From contig CAWETI010000003.1 in assembly GCA_963812015.1 (NCBI GenBank), positions 736,001 to 800,000 on the forward strand: a stretch of 64,000 nt of DNA, written 5' to 3'. Each line of letters starts with the position of its first letter. The first letter of the stretch is position 1. The stretch is from an uncultured delta proteobacterium. GTDB lineage: Bacteria; Desulfobacterota; Desulfobaccia; Desulfobaccales; 0-14-0-80-60-11. The position numbers were made by a program, and so were the translations under genes. Positions 52,000-62,293 of this stretch are shown here, one piece after another. Below the pieces are notes generated by a model. That model was not told where the DNA came from and did not search any database. It saw only the letters and a list, made by a program, of their open reading frames with translations.

Positions 52000-54231
52000 T
52001 CAATTCGCAGCCTGGCGCTCTTCCGTCGTGGGTGCGGCTGCGTATTCGGGTTGCAAATCAACAAAAAACGTGGTGCCGGTGAGGCCCTCGGCGCCGTCCT
52101 CGGCCGCCCGGCTCTCAAAGCGGATGGTCCCGCCGTATTTGGTGATAATGGCATAACTGACGGCCAGTCCGAGACCGGTGCCTTCCCCCACTTTCTTGGT
52201 GGTGAAGAAGGGCACGAAGATCCGGTCGGTATACTGCTTGGGAATGCCGGCGCCGGTGTCGGCAAAGACGGTTTCCACCATGTGATTATAGGGGTTGATC
52301 TTGGTGATCACGGTGAGTTTGCCGCCGCCGGGCATGGCCGCCACGGCATTGTTGATCAGGTTGAGAAAGACCTGTTGGAGCTCCCCGGCATCGCCCCGGA
52401 CCCGGGGGAGTTCCTTGGCCAGCCGCAGGTCGACGTCCACCTTCTTGGTCAGCAGGTTGTTCTTGACCAAGGCCAGGACATTGGCGATGTCTTCGTTGAT
52501 ATCGGTGAAATCCTCGTGGGTGGCCGGCTGGCGGGCAAAGGTCATGAGGTTTTCGACGATGCGCTTGGCGTTGAGGCCCTGGCGTTCGATGGTCTTGAGC
52601 ATCTCGTGCTCTTTGCTGTCCGGCGGCAGCCGATCCAGCAAAATTTCGGCAAAGCCCAGCATGACGCCCACGGGGTTGTTGATCTCGTGGGCCACCCCGG
52701 CGGCCAGGGTGCCCAGGGAGGCCAGTTTCTCGGTTTGGGCCATCTGATTTTCCATCTGTTGGCGGTCGGTGATGTCCCGGGCCATGACCAGCACTTGCTC
52801 CACGGAGCGGCCGTCCTCTCCAAAGATGGGCACATAGTGGGTGGAAAACCAATAGACCCGGTCCTTGATGCGCATGGCGGCCTGGATCTCGGAGCTCTTC
52901 CGGGTATGCACCGCGTCCTGGACCCAGCTGAGCATGGCGTCGGCGTCTTCCCGGGCCAGGAGATCGGCAATATTCTTTCTGACGATACCGGCCGCGGGGA
53001 TGCCCAAGAGCCGGGCCATAGCGTTGTTGGCGCTGAGGAAGGCGCCCCCTTCATCCACCAGGAAGATCAGGTCCCGGGCATTTTCCACCACCGACTTATA
53101 CTGCGTCTGGCTGCGGCGCAGGTCACTGGTGGTGCGGGCCACTTCCGACTGCAGCTCCACCGACCAGCGGGATTCGTAGTAGATAACCGCCGCCGCCGCC
53201 AGAATCAGGGCGAAGATGAGGATGCCCTGGATGAGGAATTGCCGCACGTACAGGGAATGGATGGTGCCGTAGACTTCGTCGGTGGGGGCCACCACCGCCA
53301 CGGGCCAGATGCGGTCCCCGTCCCGGTTGACATTGGCGTGGGTATAAGCCAGGAATTTTTCCATCTGGCGGATGACGCCTCGATGCCAGCCGGAAATATA
53401 CCGGGACGTCCCCTCCTCCCCCGCCAGCATCTTGGTCTTCTGGATCTCGTTGATCTTGGCGAAGCTGATGGCCGGGTTCCGGCGCCCCCGGGCGGTGAAG
53501 GCATCCTGGCCGATGAATTCCTTTTCGGGATGATAGAGGAAGATGCCCTTATTGTTCGTCACCCAGCAGTAACCGGTGCGGCCGGAGCGGATGTCGGCGC
53601 AATAATTGGCAGCAAAGGCGCTGACATCGATCTTGAAAATCAGCACCCCGTTCAGCTTGCCCCCGGCTTTGGGATGGGAGGCGTCCACGCTCTCTTCATA
53701 CACCGGCGTGGCCATGACCATGATGGGGACTTTGAAGTCGCCCTGGCTGACAACCTCGATGGGGCCCTGGTAGATAAGCCCCCGGTTGGCCGGGTCCCGG
53801 GCCCACGCCACCTCGGGAGCACTGCTGAAGTCCTGGCGGATGACGTGGGGGCCGCCGGTGTCCAGCACATAGGCTCTGTCAGCCGCGGGCCCGGTAAAGT
53901 CGATGCGTTCGATGGCCGTCACTCCCAGTTTGGGGAGTTCGGCGAAACTGACCCGCATGCGGTCGGCCCAGGCCACGTTCTCCAGGTACTGGATGGAGGG
54001 AGAATAGGCCAAGATTCGCAGTTCCCGCCGCAGGAATGCCAGGCCGTCCTCGATCTGCCGGGCGGTGGATTTGGCCAGGATGAGCTGCTGCTGCTGAAAG
54101 TCGTCGGAGACGATCTCTTGGGTGCGCTTCAGGGAGAGAATCCCCAGGATAAAGGCCACTGCCAACAGCCCGATCACCAGGGCGCCCAGGACCGTGAGCA
54201 GCCGCCGAAAGACAATCTTCTGGATGGTCAA
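52000..54231 (-). CDS. Cache/PAS sensor histidine kinase
   Basis: TM-periplasmic Cache-like-TM, PAS, AHEINNP, DTGAG, GTGLGL. Confidence 0.9.
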   Translation of the reverse strand: MTIQKIVFRRLLTVLGALVIGLLAVAFILGILSLKRTQEIVSDDFQQQQLILAKSTARQIEDGLAFLRRELRILAYSPSIQYLENVAWADRMRVSFAELPKLGVTAIERIDFTGPAADRAYVLDTGGPHVIRQDFSSAPEVAWARDPANRGLIYQGPIEVVSQGDFKVPIMVMATPVYEESVDASHPKAGGKLNGVLIFKIDVSAFAANYCADIRSGRTGYCWVTNNKGIFLYHPEKEFIGQDAFTARGRRNPAISFAKINEIQKTKMLAGEEGTSRYISGWHRGVIRQMEKFLAYTHANVNRDGDRIWPVAVVAPTDEVYGTIHSLYVRQFLIQGILIFALILAAAAVIYYESRWSVELQSEVARTTSDLRRSQTQYKSVVENARDLIFLVDEGGAFLSANNAMARLLGIPAAGIVRKNIADLLAREDADAMLSWVQDAVHTRKSSEIQAAMRIKDRVYWFSTHYVPIFGEDGRSVEQVLVMARDITDRQQMENQMAQTEKLASLGTLAAGVAHEINNPVGVMLGFAEILLDRLPPDSKEHEMLKTIERQGLNAKRIVENLMTFARQPATHEDFTDINEDIANVLALVKNNLLTKKVDVDLRLAKELPRVRGDAGELQQVFLNLINNAVAAMPGGGKLTVITKINPYNHMVETVFADTGAGIPKQYTDRIFVPFFTTKKVGEGTGLGLAVSYAIITKYGGTIRFESRAAEDGAEGLTGTTFFVDLQPEYAAAPTTEERQAAN

Positions 54232-54245
54232 AGGCAGGCCTCCTC

Positions 54246-56789
54246 TCAGCGCGGCAGGATGTGGCCTTCAGAAAAATCACGGTAATACTGCTCCACCGCG
54301 TCTTCCGAAAGCATGACCATGTCCAGTTGCTTGGAAACCATCATCAGCCGGCCCAGGACTTCCAGCTTATCCTCCAGGACCTCGGGATCATAGCCGGCGA
54401 CGCGGGCGGTAATGGAGTCTTCCTTGGGTTCCACCCGGAAATCCAAATCTTCCAGGACCCGGGTCAGGAAGCGAACCCGGCGCATGCGCCGGGGCAACTC
54501 GGCGCCACCGCCGTAAAAGGTGAAACTCACATAACTCTCTTCCGGGACCCCCAGGAAAGCCTCGATGGTGGCGAAATGGAAGCCCAACCGATTGGAAAGA
54601 TTCATATAATCGTTGGTGATAATGGCAAAGTTCTTTTCGTGGAGCCGTTCACGGATGTTGGTGTCGGTGGCGGTGCTCATGACCACGGACATAAAACCGG
54701 CCAGATCCACGGGCTTGGGACCCTGCCAGCCCACCGCGCTTACCCCCCGCCAGTAGGCCCGCATGGGCCGAGACGTAAGATGCTCGGGCCGGACCTGGGA
54801 CAGATTTGCAGCCTCGGGGCTTAGGCCACCGCCCAGGTCAATGATGGACAGTTCCAGGGGGATGGCGCTTACCAATCGCCGGGCTCCGTCCTCATCCAGC
54901 CGCCCGGAGGAGAGCTGGAAGAGCTCTTCCATGGCCTTTTCATGGGCGAAACGGGTGATGTCATGATAGGAGGTACAGCCCTCGGGACGGAAGTTTTCGC
55001 CCCGGGGGTCCAGGAGATGGAGGGGGGTGATGTGCGGCAAAACCCGCTCCAGCACCTTGTAGGCCCGGGTCTGGCGCACAGCCTCATCGCCACCCCGGGG
55101 GGCCTTGAGCAATTCCTCCAACCGGCCGGCATAGACGTTGCCATAGTAGGCGTCCACGGTGACCACCTCCCCCGGACGCAGCCGGCTGGCGGCTTCTTTG
55201 GCGCCGAACAGTGCCGGGATCCTGGCCTCCCGCAGCACCGTGGCCAGGTGGCTGGTGGCGCTGCCCGCTTCGCAGACCATCGCCGCCACCCGGCCCACCA
55301 CCACGCCGTACTCCGGCAAGGCCCGGGAGGTCACCAGCACCGCGTCCTGGGGGATGTCATCCAGGCCCTTGTCCTGGAGCAGATAGACCGGGCCCGCGGC
55401 CGCTCCCCGGGAGGCGATGATGCCATTTGACAGGAGCAGGTCGGCCCCCTTGATCTGGGGCGGCAGGTAATCGGCTTTAAGCTGCCGGCTTACCCGCAGC
55501 GGCCGGGCCTGCAACAGATAAAAGTTGCCCTGGGTATCCCGGGCCCACTCAATATCCTGGGGCAAGCCAAAGTGCTCCTTGACCCGTTGGCCCAGTTGGG
55601 CCAGGGCCATAGCCTGACTCTCATCCAGGCATGGTCCCCGGAGGTCTGCCGGGGTGGCCACGTCCAAGATGCCGCCTTCCGGGGCGGCCACGTGCATGTG
55701 AGTCTTCTCGCCCACGTTTTGGGCCACCAACCGGTTGTCTTCGACCCGGTAAATGTCCGGCTCCACCACGCCGCCCACCGCCAGGGAGCCCAGCCCGGAG
55801 ACGGCGTTGATGATGGTGCCCTCACCGCCCCGGGGATCGTCGGTATAGAGTACCCCGGCACAGCTGGCCTCCAGCATTTCCATGACCAGGACCCCCATGG
55901 CGAGCTCCTGGTAGGAAAAGCCGCTGGTATGACAGTAATAGAGGGCCCGGGGGGTGAATTGGGAGGCGATGACCTCTTTGTAGCGAAGTTCCACCTGGTC
56001 CCGGGGCACGTTGAGCACGGACTCAAACTGGCCGGCAAAGCTAAAGAAGCTATCCTCCTGGAGAGAGGAACTGCGCACCGCCACCCGGTCGGAGTTTAAG
56101 CCCGCCAGTTGGGCATCGATGGCCCGGGAGAGCTCCGGCGGCAGGGGCTGGTCCATGATCTTTTGCCGGATGACTTCCCCCGCCTCCCGCAGGCTTTCCA
56201 GATCGCGGATATGCGAGTGGGCGATGGCCTCTCGGATGAATTCCTCCAACTCTCCTGTCTCAAAGAAGAGCTTTTGGGCATAGGCGCTCACCCCAAAGCC
56301 GGCGGGGACCGAGAACCCCAGGCGGGTCAGTTCACCCAATTTCTCGGCCTTGCCCCCAAAGAAGAGGCCGTCCAGAACTTGGGACAGGGGCAGCGCCAGG
56401 GGCACCGGCTTCAACTTGGCCCCCTCCAGTTCCTCCGCCACCAGGTGGGCCACCCGTTGGCGGGCGGTATCCAGGCCGAGGTAGCGGCCTTGGGACATGC
56501 CATTCAGGGCCGTCACCATGGCCTCGACCTCCTGGCCCAGCCGGTCGCAGGCCTGTCGGACATAATACATGTCAAACAGGAAGCCCTCGGCCATTTTGAC
56601 CTGGATATCCGCCACAGTGGTGAGAATGGCGCTGTTGGCCGCCAGGAGGCGCTTATATTGGAGATAGCGTTCCAGGAGGACGGGGGGAGGGCCCAGGGAT
56701 ACGGAAGACGGCCGCGACGTGCGCTTGCGGGTGAACCAATTCTTTAACTTCCCGAGAGCCGTGGCCACCGAATATTCCTTTAACTGCAC
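54246..56789 (-). CDS. PEP/pyruvate-binding + PEP-utilising mobile domain protein (PEP synthase-like)
   Basis: GGKA..LG, VAVRSS...ED..SFAGQF, PQDIEW, LQARPL, phospho-His GSATSHLATVLRE. Confidence 0.85.
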   Translation of the reverse strand: MQLKEYSVATALGKLKNWFTRKRTSRPSSVSLGPPPVLLERYLQYKRLLAANSAILTTVADIQVKMAEGFLFDMYYVRQACDRLGQEVEAMVTALNGMSQGRYLGLDTARQRVAHLVAEELEGAKLKPVPLALPLSQVLDGLFFGGKAEKLGELTRLGFSVPAGFGVSAYAQKLFFETGELEEFIREAIAHSHIRDLESLREAGEVIRQKIMDQPLPPELSRAIDAQLAGLNSDRVAVRSSSLQEDSFFSFAGQFESVLNVPRDQVELRYKEVIASQFTPRALYYCHTSGFSYQELAMGVLVMEMLEASCAGVLYTDDPRGGEGTIINAVSGLGSLAVGGVVEPDIYRVEDNRLVAQNVGEKTHMHVAAPEGGILDVATPADLRGPCLDESQAMALAQLGQRVKEHFGLPQDIEWARDTQGNFYLLQARPLRVSRQLKADYLPPQIKGADLLLSNGIIASRGAAAGPVYLLQDKGLDDIPQDAVLVTSRALPEYGVVVGRVAAMVCEAGSATSHLATVLREARIPALFGAKEAASRLRPGEVVTVDAYYGNVYAGRLEELLKAPRGGDEAVRQTRAYKVLERVLPHITPLHLLDPRGENFRPEGCTSYHDITRFAHEKAMEELFQLSSGRLDEDGARRLVSAIPLELSIIDLGGGLSPEAANLSQVRPEHLTSRPMRAYWRGVSAVGWQGPKPVDLAGFMSVVMSTATDTNIRERLHEKNFAIITNDYMNLSNRLGFHFATIEAFLGVPEESYVSFTFYGGGAELPRRMRRVRFLTRVLEDLDFRVEPKEDSITARVAGYDPEVLEDKLEVLGRLMMVSKQLDMVMLSEDAVEQYYRDFSEGHILPR

Positions 56790-57095
56790 TTATGGTTTCC
56801 TAATCATTATAGAAGAAACTGGCCTGGTCCTCAACTGTCAAATGCACCCCGCGGCCGGGGTTGGCTCAGGTGAGGACTTTTCTGCCGCGGCCTCGGCCGA
56901 GATCTCTGCCATTATCGTCAACCGCGCCTCCCGGTCCAACCCGCCAGGAAGCACCGGGGGCTCTCATCAGGTGACCGCTGGGGTCCGGTCCGGCGGCTGT
57001 AAGAGATTTCAGTTGACATAACGAGGGTTTTGCGATTTCATGGGCGTGTTTCATCAGACCTTCATCGACTTAATTTCGGTGCTCCGGAGGTTCAC

Positions 57096-57935
57096 ATGCC
57101 TCAATGCCCCCATTGCCAGACCGAGTATGACGTGGGCCAGCGCTATTGCAGCACGTGCGGCAGTTTCTTGCTGCACCCGGAACAGGGGGATACCTTTTGT
57201 CCCCAGTGCGGCGTGCGCGTTTCACCCCTCCAGGAATTCTGCCATGAGTGCGATGCTCCCTTGAAAGGGGGCAAAGCCCCCCACGAACCTTTAGGGGCCG
57301 TGCCGGAGGCTGAAGCGCCGGCCCCGGAGCCCGCACCAGTGCGAGTCCCCCCCGCCGGTATGCCGTCCTGGCTCATCGGTTTGCTGGTGGGCTCGGGGAT
57401 AGTCATCATCATCTTGCTGGTCTTGCTGTTCAGTCGGGGCACGTCACCGCCCCCGGCGCCGCCTCCGGCTCCCAAAGCCGAAGCGCCAGCTCCCGCCCCC
57501 GCCACTCCGGCCCCGGCCCCAACTGCCCCGGTAGCTCCGGCTCCCAGCGCCCCGCCTGCTCAACCGGCCCCCGCCGCCGCCACGGACCTCAAGGCTCAAT
57601 TGCAGAGCGTGCTCTCCGCCTTACGGGACGCCCAGTTGAACAAGGACATCCTCCAGTTTATGAGCGTTTATTCCCTCACCTACCCGGGACTGGACGACAA
57701 GCGGGCCAAGACCTTGAAAGCCTGGGAAACCTTTGATTTCACCACCCTGGCGTTCACCATCGACAAGGTGCAGTCCATCGACGCCAATAACGCCATTGCC
57801 TGGGTAACCTGGTATGTTGACACCAGGAACCGGCGGTCGCAAGAACTGTCAAGCGCTTCCCAGACCTATCAGGTGCGGTTCGCCAAGGAGATGGACAAAT
57901 GGCGCATCCGTTCCCTGGAAGAGGTGGAACAATAG
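57096..57935 (+). CDS. double zinc-ribbon, TM, Pro/Ala-rich linker, NTF2-like C-terminal protein
   Basis: Four CxxC, hydrophobic helix, PAP repeats, C-terminal WRI; GGAGG SD before ATG 57096. Confidence 0.75.
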   Translation: MPQCPHCQTEYDVGQRYCSTCGSFLLHPEQGDTFCPQCGVRVSPLQEFCHECDAPLKGGKAPHEPLGAVPEAEAPAPEPAPVRVPPAGMPSWLIGLLVGSGIVIIILLVLLFSRGTSPPPAPPPAPKAEAPAPAPATPAPAPTAPVAPAPSAPPAQPAPAAATDLKAQLQSVLSALRDAQLNKDILQFMSVYSLTYPGLDDKRAKTLKAWETFDFTTLAFTIDKVQSIDANNAIAWVTWYVDTRNRRSQELSSASQTYQVRFAKEMDKWRIRSLEEVEQ

Positions 57936-57969
57936 GGGAAATACCCCCTATCCCAAATGTGAAAAAAGA

Positions 57970-58041
57970 AGGGGCGACCCGCCGGGTCGCCCCTGCAATT
58001 GCGGATCTTTTGATTGCGAGCAGGTATAAACCCCCACCTAC
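57970..58041. repeat. REP-like palindromes
   Basis: AGGGGCGACCCGCCGGGTCGCCCCT and GGTATAAACCCCCACCTAC. Confidence 0.6.
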
Positions 58042-58239
58042 AATCCCCATATCTGGTTAAATTCACATAATTTTTTGGTGAGGATGAGGCAGTTGACGGC
58101 CTCGCCGTTTCATCGGACCAATTTTTGCCGCAAATAATCTCGCCATGGTGCCGCTGGAGACCGGGAGTGTCTAGCCGGCAAGCCTCTTTATTTTCAGCAT
58201 ATTTCGTTAAAGCGCCGGAGACGTTGCGGAACGAGACCA

Positions 58240-58605
58240 TCAGGGCCGGCCACCCCGGCCCAGGCGGCAGCGTTCCAGGAGATTTTGTTGGGCGTGGAGG
58301 CGGAGGGACTCCCGGATGCAGCCCAAGGCGACGTTAAGGGAGCGGAGATCAAGGGCGGAATTGAAGAGGCGGTCCAGGCGGACATCCAGGAGGTCCAGTT
58401 TTTCCAGGAGGGCGGCTTGGCGGGACTGGTCTGCCTGGCGCTGCTGAAAGTCAAGGTGGCGGGCGAGATGCTTGGTGTGGCGGCAGAGGGCGGAGGGGCT
58501 GAGGCCGAATTGTGCGGCCAGGGAGCGGTAGGGCACCCCCTGCATGAGGCCGCGGTCGATCTCCGGGCGGGAGGGGTGAGAGCAGACGGAACAGCGTTGC
58601 ACCAT
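58240..58605 (-). CDS. small HTH protein (CxxCxH + HTH), mobile-element type
   Basis: RCSVCSHP.R.EID..L..G.PYR.LA.QFGLS.SAL.RH. Confidence 0.7.
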   Translation of the reverse strand: MVQRCSVCSHPSRPEIDRGLMQGVPYRSLAAQFGLSPSALCRHTKHLARHLDFQQRQADQSRQAALLEKLDLLDVRLDRLFNSALDLRSLNVALGCIRESLRLHAQQNLLERCRLGRGGRP

Positions 58606-58740
58606 AAAGGGACTCCAGGGCTGAAATTTCCGCAGGATGCCGGATGGATTTCAGGTTATCAAGGGAGGGGAGGGGGGGCCAGCACGGGCGGGACGGGTGG
58701 CAGGAAACCGTGGTAATAAGTGAAGGTGTGATGGTCTAGA

Positions 58741-58768
58741 GACCAGACCAGACCAGACCAGACCAGAC
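58741..58768. repeat. (GACCA)n tandem repeat
   Basis: GACCA x5 + GAC. Confidence 0.9.
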
Positions 58769-58839
58769 AATCTCTCTATCAGGCATAATATCAATCGGAC
58801 AAAAAGGATTCTGGAAACCCCCCACAAAAAGGAAATTTC

Positions 58840-58901
58840 TCTATTCAGAGCATATCAATAATTTATTCAAGAAACCCGATAAGTTTTCTTTGTGGCAAGT
58901 T
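58840..58901 (+). repeat. tripartite site S11 (core + right arm)
   Basis: TATTCAGAGCATATC (CATATC 58851), GATAAG at +27, TGGCAAGTT at +42, same spacing as the island copies. Confidence 0.7.
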
Positions 58902-59126
58902 CTATAAACTTTTGTATCCCAAGTTTTCACTTTGGCAAACCATCTCTGGCTTGACTTGATTCCCACTCTAACTTAAAACTTGGTACGACTGCTGGGGGCA
59001 GGTCACCGGGGCTTCCAAATGAAGCGACGATAATTATCGGAATAATCTACATCACTACCAGATTTATGGTTCAATCGGAATGACAGCCAATGTGATAGAC
59101 AATTTTCCAACGGGCGATGAGCTGGT

Positions 59127-60245
59127 GTGGTAATGCTGAGGGCGGTTCTTTTCAGAATTATTGGCGTGCTCCTGGGTTTTCTGGTGGCTTTTGCCATGGC
59201 TGAAGGAGCGGTGCGGCTTTTCTGCCCTCAAGAGGTGGGACCGGTTCGGTTTGCCTGTCACCCACAACTGGGAGAGATTCCGGTGCCCGGCCAACACGGG
59301 GTGAGAAGGTTACCCGGAGTTTTCACCTCTACGTACAGTAATAACTCCCTGGGATGGCGCGGGTCTCGGGAATACCGGGAGGCAAAACAGACCGAATATC
59401 GGGTCCTCTTCCTGGGAGATTCTTTTACCTATGGAATCGGCGTCAACGACGATCAGACTTTTGCCGCCCTGGTGGAAAAGTTTTTAACTTCGGACCATCT
59501 GTCCGTTGAAGTTATGAACGCAGGCGACCCCGGCAAAGGGACCGATTATGCATTAAAGTTATATCAAACGGTGGGGCGGAAATTTTATCCCGATCTCGTC
59601 GTATATTGTGCTTTTTTTGCAATGATTTATAGGAATGAGCGGGGCGAGTATTATAATGTAGGGAACCACGGCGACCTTCAGGCTAAGGCGGTAATCTGCC
59701 GCGGAGGCCTGATAAAAACCGTGCTGGCCCATCTGCCCGGCTACAATTGGCTGATTTCCTGGTCCCAGGCAGCTAATTTGGTCAAAGAGGCGGGGGTGGA
59801 GCTGCTGATTAAATGGGCCACCAGAAATGGCTCTGACGTTACGGAAGGCCTGGTGCTGGCATATAAGAAAAATGCCAACGGTTGTTCGACCGAGGCCAAT
59901 AAATTAACCCGGATTTATGCGGACCAATTGCACGCTGCAGTAAAAAATGCCGGTGGAAAGCTGGTGATATTTTATATTCCCAACTCCCAGGAAGTCCGGG
60001 AGTATCGGCAGAACCGCACCTTTTCCGCCGATGAGCAGGTCTTTCAGCTTATTGCGGCCGATAACGGCATGACGCTGTGGTCCTTGACCCCCTTATTGGC
60101 CCACTCGGGCCAACCTATCGATCGCCTATACTATAAAGAAGGTCATTGGACTGCGGTTGCGCATGAATTGGCGGCTCACTATATGAGCGGGCTGATCGAG
60201 AGCCGACTTTTGCAAAACCCCCAACTGAAACCATCTGATCCCTAA
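59127..60245 (+). CDS. SGNH/GDSL hydrolase family protein
   Basis: N-terminal TM, NSLGWRG, LGDSFTYG, N.G.PG, EGHW. Confidence 0.85.
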   Translation: MVMLRAVLFRIIGVLLGFLVAFAMAEGAVRLFCPQEVGPVRFACHPQLGEIPVPGQHGVRRLPGVFTSTYSNNSLGWRGSREYREAKQTEYRVLFLGDSFTYGIGVNDDQTFAALVEKFLTSDHLSVEVMNAGDPGKGTDYALKLYQTVGRKFYPDLVVYCAFFAMIYRNERGEYYNVGNHGDLQAKAVICRGGLIKTVLAHLPGYNWLISWSQAANLVKEAGVELLIKWATRNGSDVTEGLVLAYKKNANGCSTEANKLTRIYADQLHAAVKNAGGKLVIFYIPNSQEVREYRQNRTFSADEQVFQLIAADNGMTLWSLTPLLAHSGQPIDRLYYKEGHWTAVAHELAAHYMSGLIESRLLQNPQLKPSDP

Positions 60246-60264
60246 ATGACAGAATAAAATTCTT

Positions 60265-62025
60265 GTGGTGCCAATCGAAAGGAGGGAAATGGAACGCACT
60301 GATCTTCCGGCGAGTCAGGGGGGAACGATGGCGGTATCAAGGCCGCAACTGGCCTGGGTGGTCCTGCTTTCCGGGGCGGTTTTCCTCTGCGCTCACCTCC
60401 CTGCTTTCACCAACCCATTCGTCATCAACGACGACGTTCGCCAGCAAATCTACTGGATGCAACAGTGGCTGGACCCGGGACTCTTCCGGGACGATCTTCT
60501 CACCGACTACGCCCGCTATTACGTCCCCTGGGGAGTCAAGGCCATTTATTGGCTGGCTTCCTGGGTCATAGGACCCCTCGCTTTCTCCAAGATCCTACCG
60601 GGCCTGCTGTTTGTCTTTCTGGGCCTCTGCCTTTTCCAGATCGGGGCGAAATTGGGAGACCGAATCCTGGCCTGGACCACGTTGGGTATCTACTGGCTGA
60701 CCCCCTTCTTTCTGGACAACCTGGCGGGAGGCCTGGCCCGGGGGTTCGCCGCTCCGCTGCTGGCCCTGCTGCTCCTTGCTTGGCTGGACCGCCGGCCCTG
60801 GCTCATGGCCTTGGCTCTGCTGTTGCAGGCTTTTTTCATCCCTTATATCTTCCTGGTGGGTGCGGCAGCCGTAACCCTGGCCTGGCTATGGGCCCGCGGC
60901 GGCTCCTTCAACCCGCCTCCCTTTCCGTCGCGGCCAGCCCATTTTCTCCTCCTGTTAGCCGGGGCCTGCCTGGTGGCGCTCATGAACTTCGACTACGTGG
61001 GAGCCGGCTTCGGACCGCTGGTGAGCGCCACGCAGATGAGCCACCGGCCCGAGTTCGGCGCCCAGGGCCGCTACGCCATGCTGCCCGTGCCATCGCTCCT
61101 CTGGGAACTGATCCAGCCCTGGGAATTCATCGCCCCTTTTCGCGAGGGCGGCCCGCTAGCCGGGGTAACAGTGTGCGTGGTGGTGGTGGCCCTGGGGGCC
61201 ATCGGCGTGTTCCAGGTGGATTGGCGGGCCTTGAAAGACAGGCTCAGGCCATTCTGGTGGGTCGCGCTCTCCTCCGTGCTGCTCTACTTCCTGGCCCGCA
61301 TCTTCTTGCTGAAACTCTTTATCCCAGACCGTTACGTGAGCTATACCTTCAATCTATTTTATTGCCTGGCTCTGGCCCTGTGCCTGAGGTCGGCTCTAAA
61401 AATCGGCCAGTGGCCCCGGAACCTGGCTCTCCTGGCTTTGCTGCTGGCGGCGCTAATCAGCGCCGTGCGGCTTTACGGGGTAGGTCTCAAGGATTATTCC
61501 GCCTACCAAACCCTATATGCGGCCCTAGCAGCCACTCCCAAAGATGCCCTCTTTGCCGGTCACCCCTACCTGATGGACAACATCCCCACCTTCGCCCGTC
61601 GTCGGGCCTTGGCCATTTATAAGCTGGCCCATCCCTGGAGCAAAGGTTACTGGCAAAAACTACAGCCCCGCCTCCATGACCTTTTCAACGCTTACTACGC
61701 CGCCGACCCCCAGGAGGTGATCGCCTTTTGCCGGAAGTACGGCATCGCCTTCCTTATCGTTGATGAGCGTCATTTTACCCCGGCCTTCCTCAAAGGCGGG
61801 TTCTTTCTCTTTCCCTATGACAAACTCCACATCCCGGGCCCTAAGCCAATTCTGACTGAAAGAAATTTATGCCCCTTTTTCGCCCCGTTTAACGATCAAA
61901 TCCGCCACCTTACGGCAGGTCGGCAAAATTTTGCCTTGCTCTCAGATGCCACTTTCCATCCCCAGATCATAGACCAGCATGTGCGCCTGATCGATATGCG
62001 CCCCTGGCTGGCCTACCAGCCATAA
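60265..62025 (+). CDS. multi-pass membrane protein, GT-C-like
   Basis: INDDVRQ acidic pair after the first TM, ~12 TMs, PDRY, soluble C-terminal domain. Confidence 0.55.
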   Translation: MVPIERREMERTDLPASQGGTMAVSRPQLAWVVLLSGAVFLCAHLPAFTNPFVINDDVRQQIYWMQQWLDPGLFRDDLLTDYARYYVPWGVKAIYWLASWVIGPLAFSKILPGLLFVFLGLCLFQIGAKLGDRILAWTTLGIYWLTPFFLDNLAGGLARGFAAPLLALLLLAWLDRRPWLMALALLLQAFFIPYIFLVGAAAVTLAWLWARGGSFNPPPFPSRPAHFLLLLAGACLVALMNFDYVGAGFGPLVSATQMSHRPEFGAQGRYAMLPVPSLLWELIQPWEFIAPFREGGPLAGVTVCVVVVALGAIGVFQVDWRALKDRLRPFWWVALSSVLLYFLARIFLLKLFIPDRYVSYTFNLFYCLALALCLRSALKIGQWPRNLALLALLLAALISAVRLYGVGLKDYSAYQTLYAALAATPKDALFAGHPYLMDNIPTFARRRALAIYKLAHPWSKGYWQKLQPRLHDLFNAYYAADPQEVIAFCRKYGIAFLIVDERHFTPAFLKGGFFLFPYDKLHIPGPKPILTERNLCPFFAPFNDQIRHLTAGRQNFALLSDATFHPQIIDQHVRLIDMRPWLAYQP

Positions 62026-62055
62026 TCCAAAGCCTTGGTCGGATTCTTGCTATAA

Positions 62056-62223
62056 ATGGACAAGACACGTCTCTTTTGGCTTGTCACCATTTGGGTGGGC
62101 ATCGGCATTGGCATGCACGTCAGCAGCCGCTGGCTGGGCAAGTGGGCTTGGTTGGCCTCTGGATTGATTCTTATAGGTATCGGCCTGATAGAGGTTATCT
62201 CCGCCTTCCCCTTGGATATGTAG
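62056..62223 (+). CDS. possible small membrane protein
   Basis: MDKTRLFWLVTIWVGIGIGMHVSSRWLGKWAWLASGLILIGIGLIEVISAFPLDM; two hydrophobic stretches, no clear SD. Confidence 0.35.
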   Translation: MDKTRLFWLVTIWVGIGIGMHVSSRWLGKWAWLASGLILIGIGLIEVISAFPLDM

Positions 62224-62293
62224 AAGAGGAGCGCATCGATGAGCATTCAGGTGAGATTTTCAGGACTGTGAAAAGGAGCGGGGAAAAAGATTG

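Noticed and set aside
51577..54285. 902-aa plus-strand ORF
   Set aside because: Antisense shadow of a clear kinase and receiver; no recognisable motifs; expected in high-GC DNA
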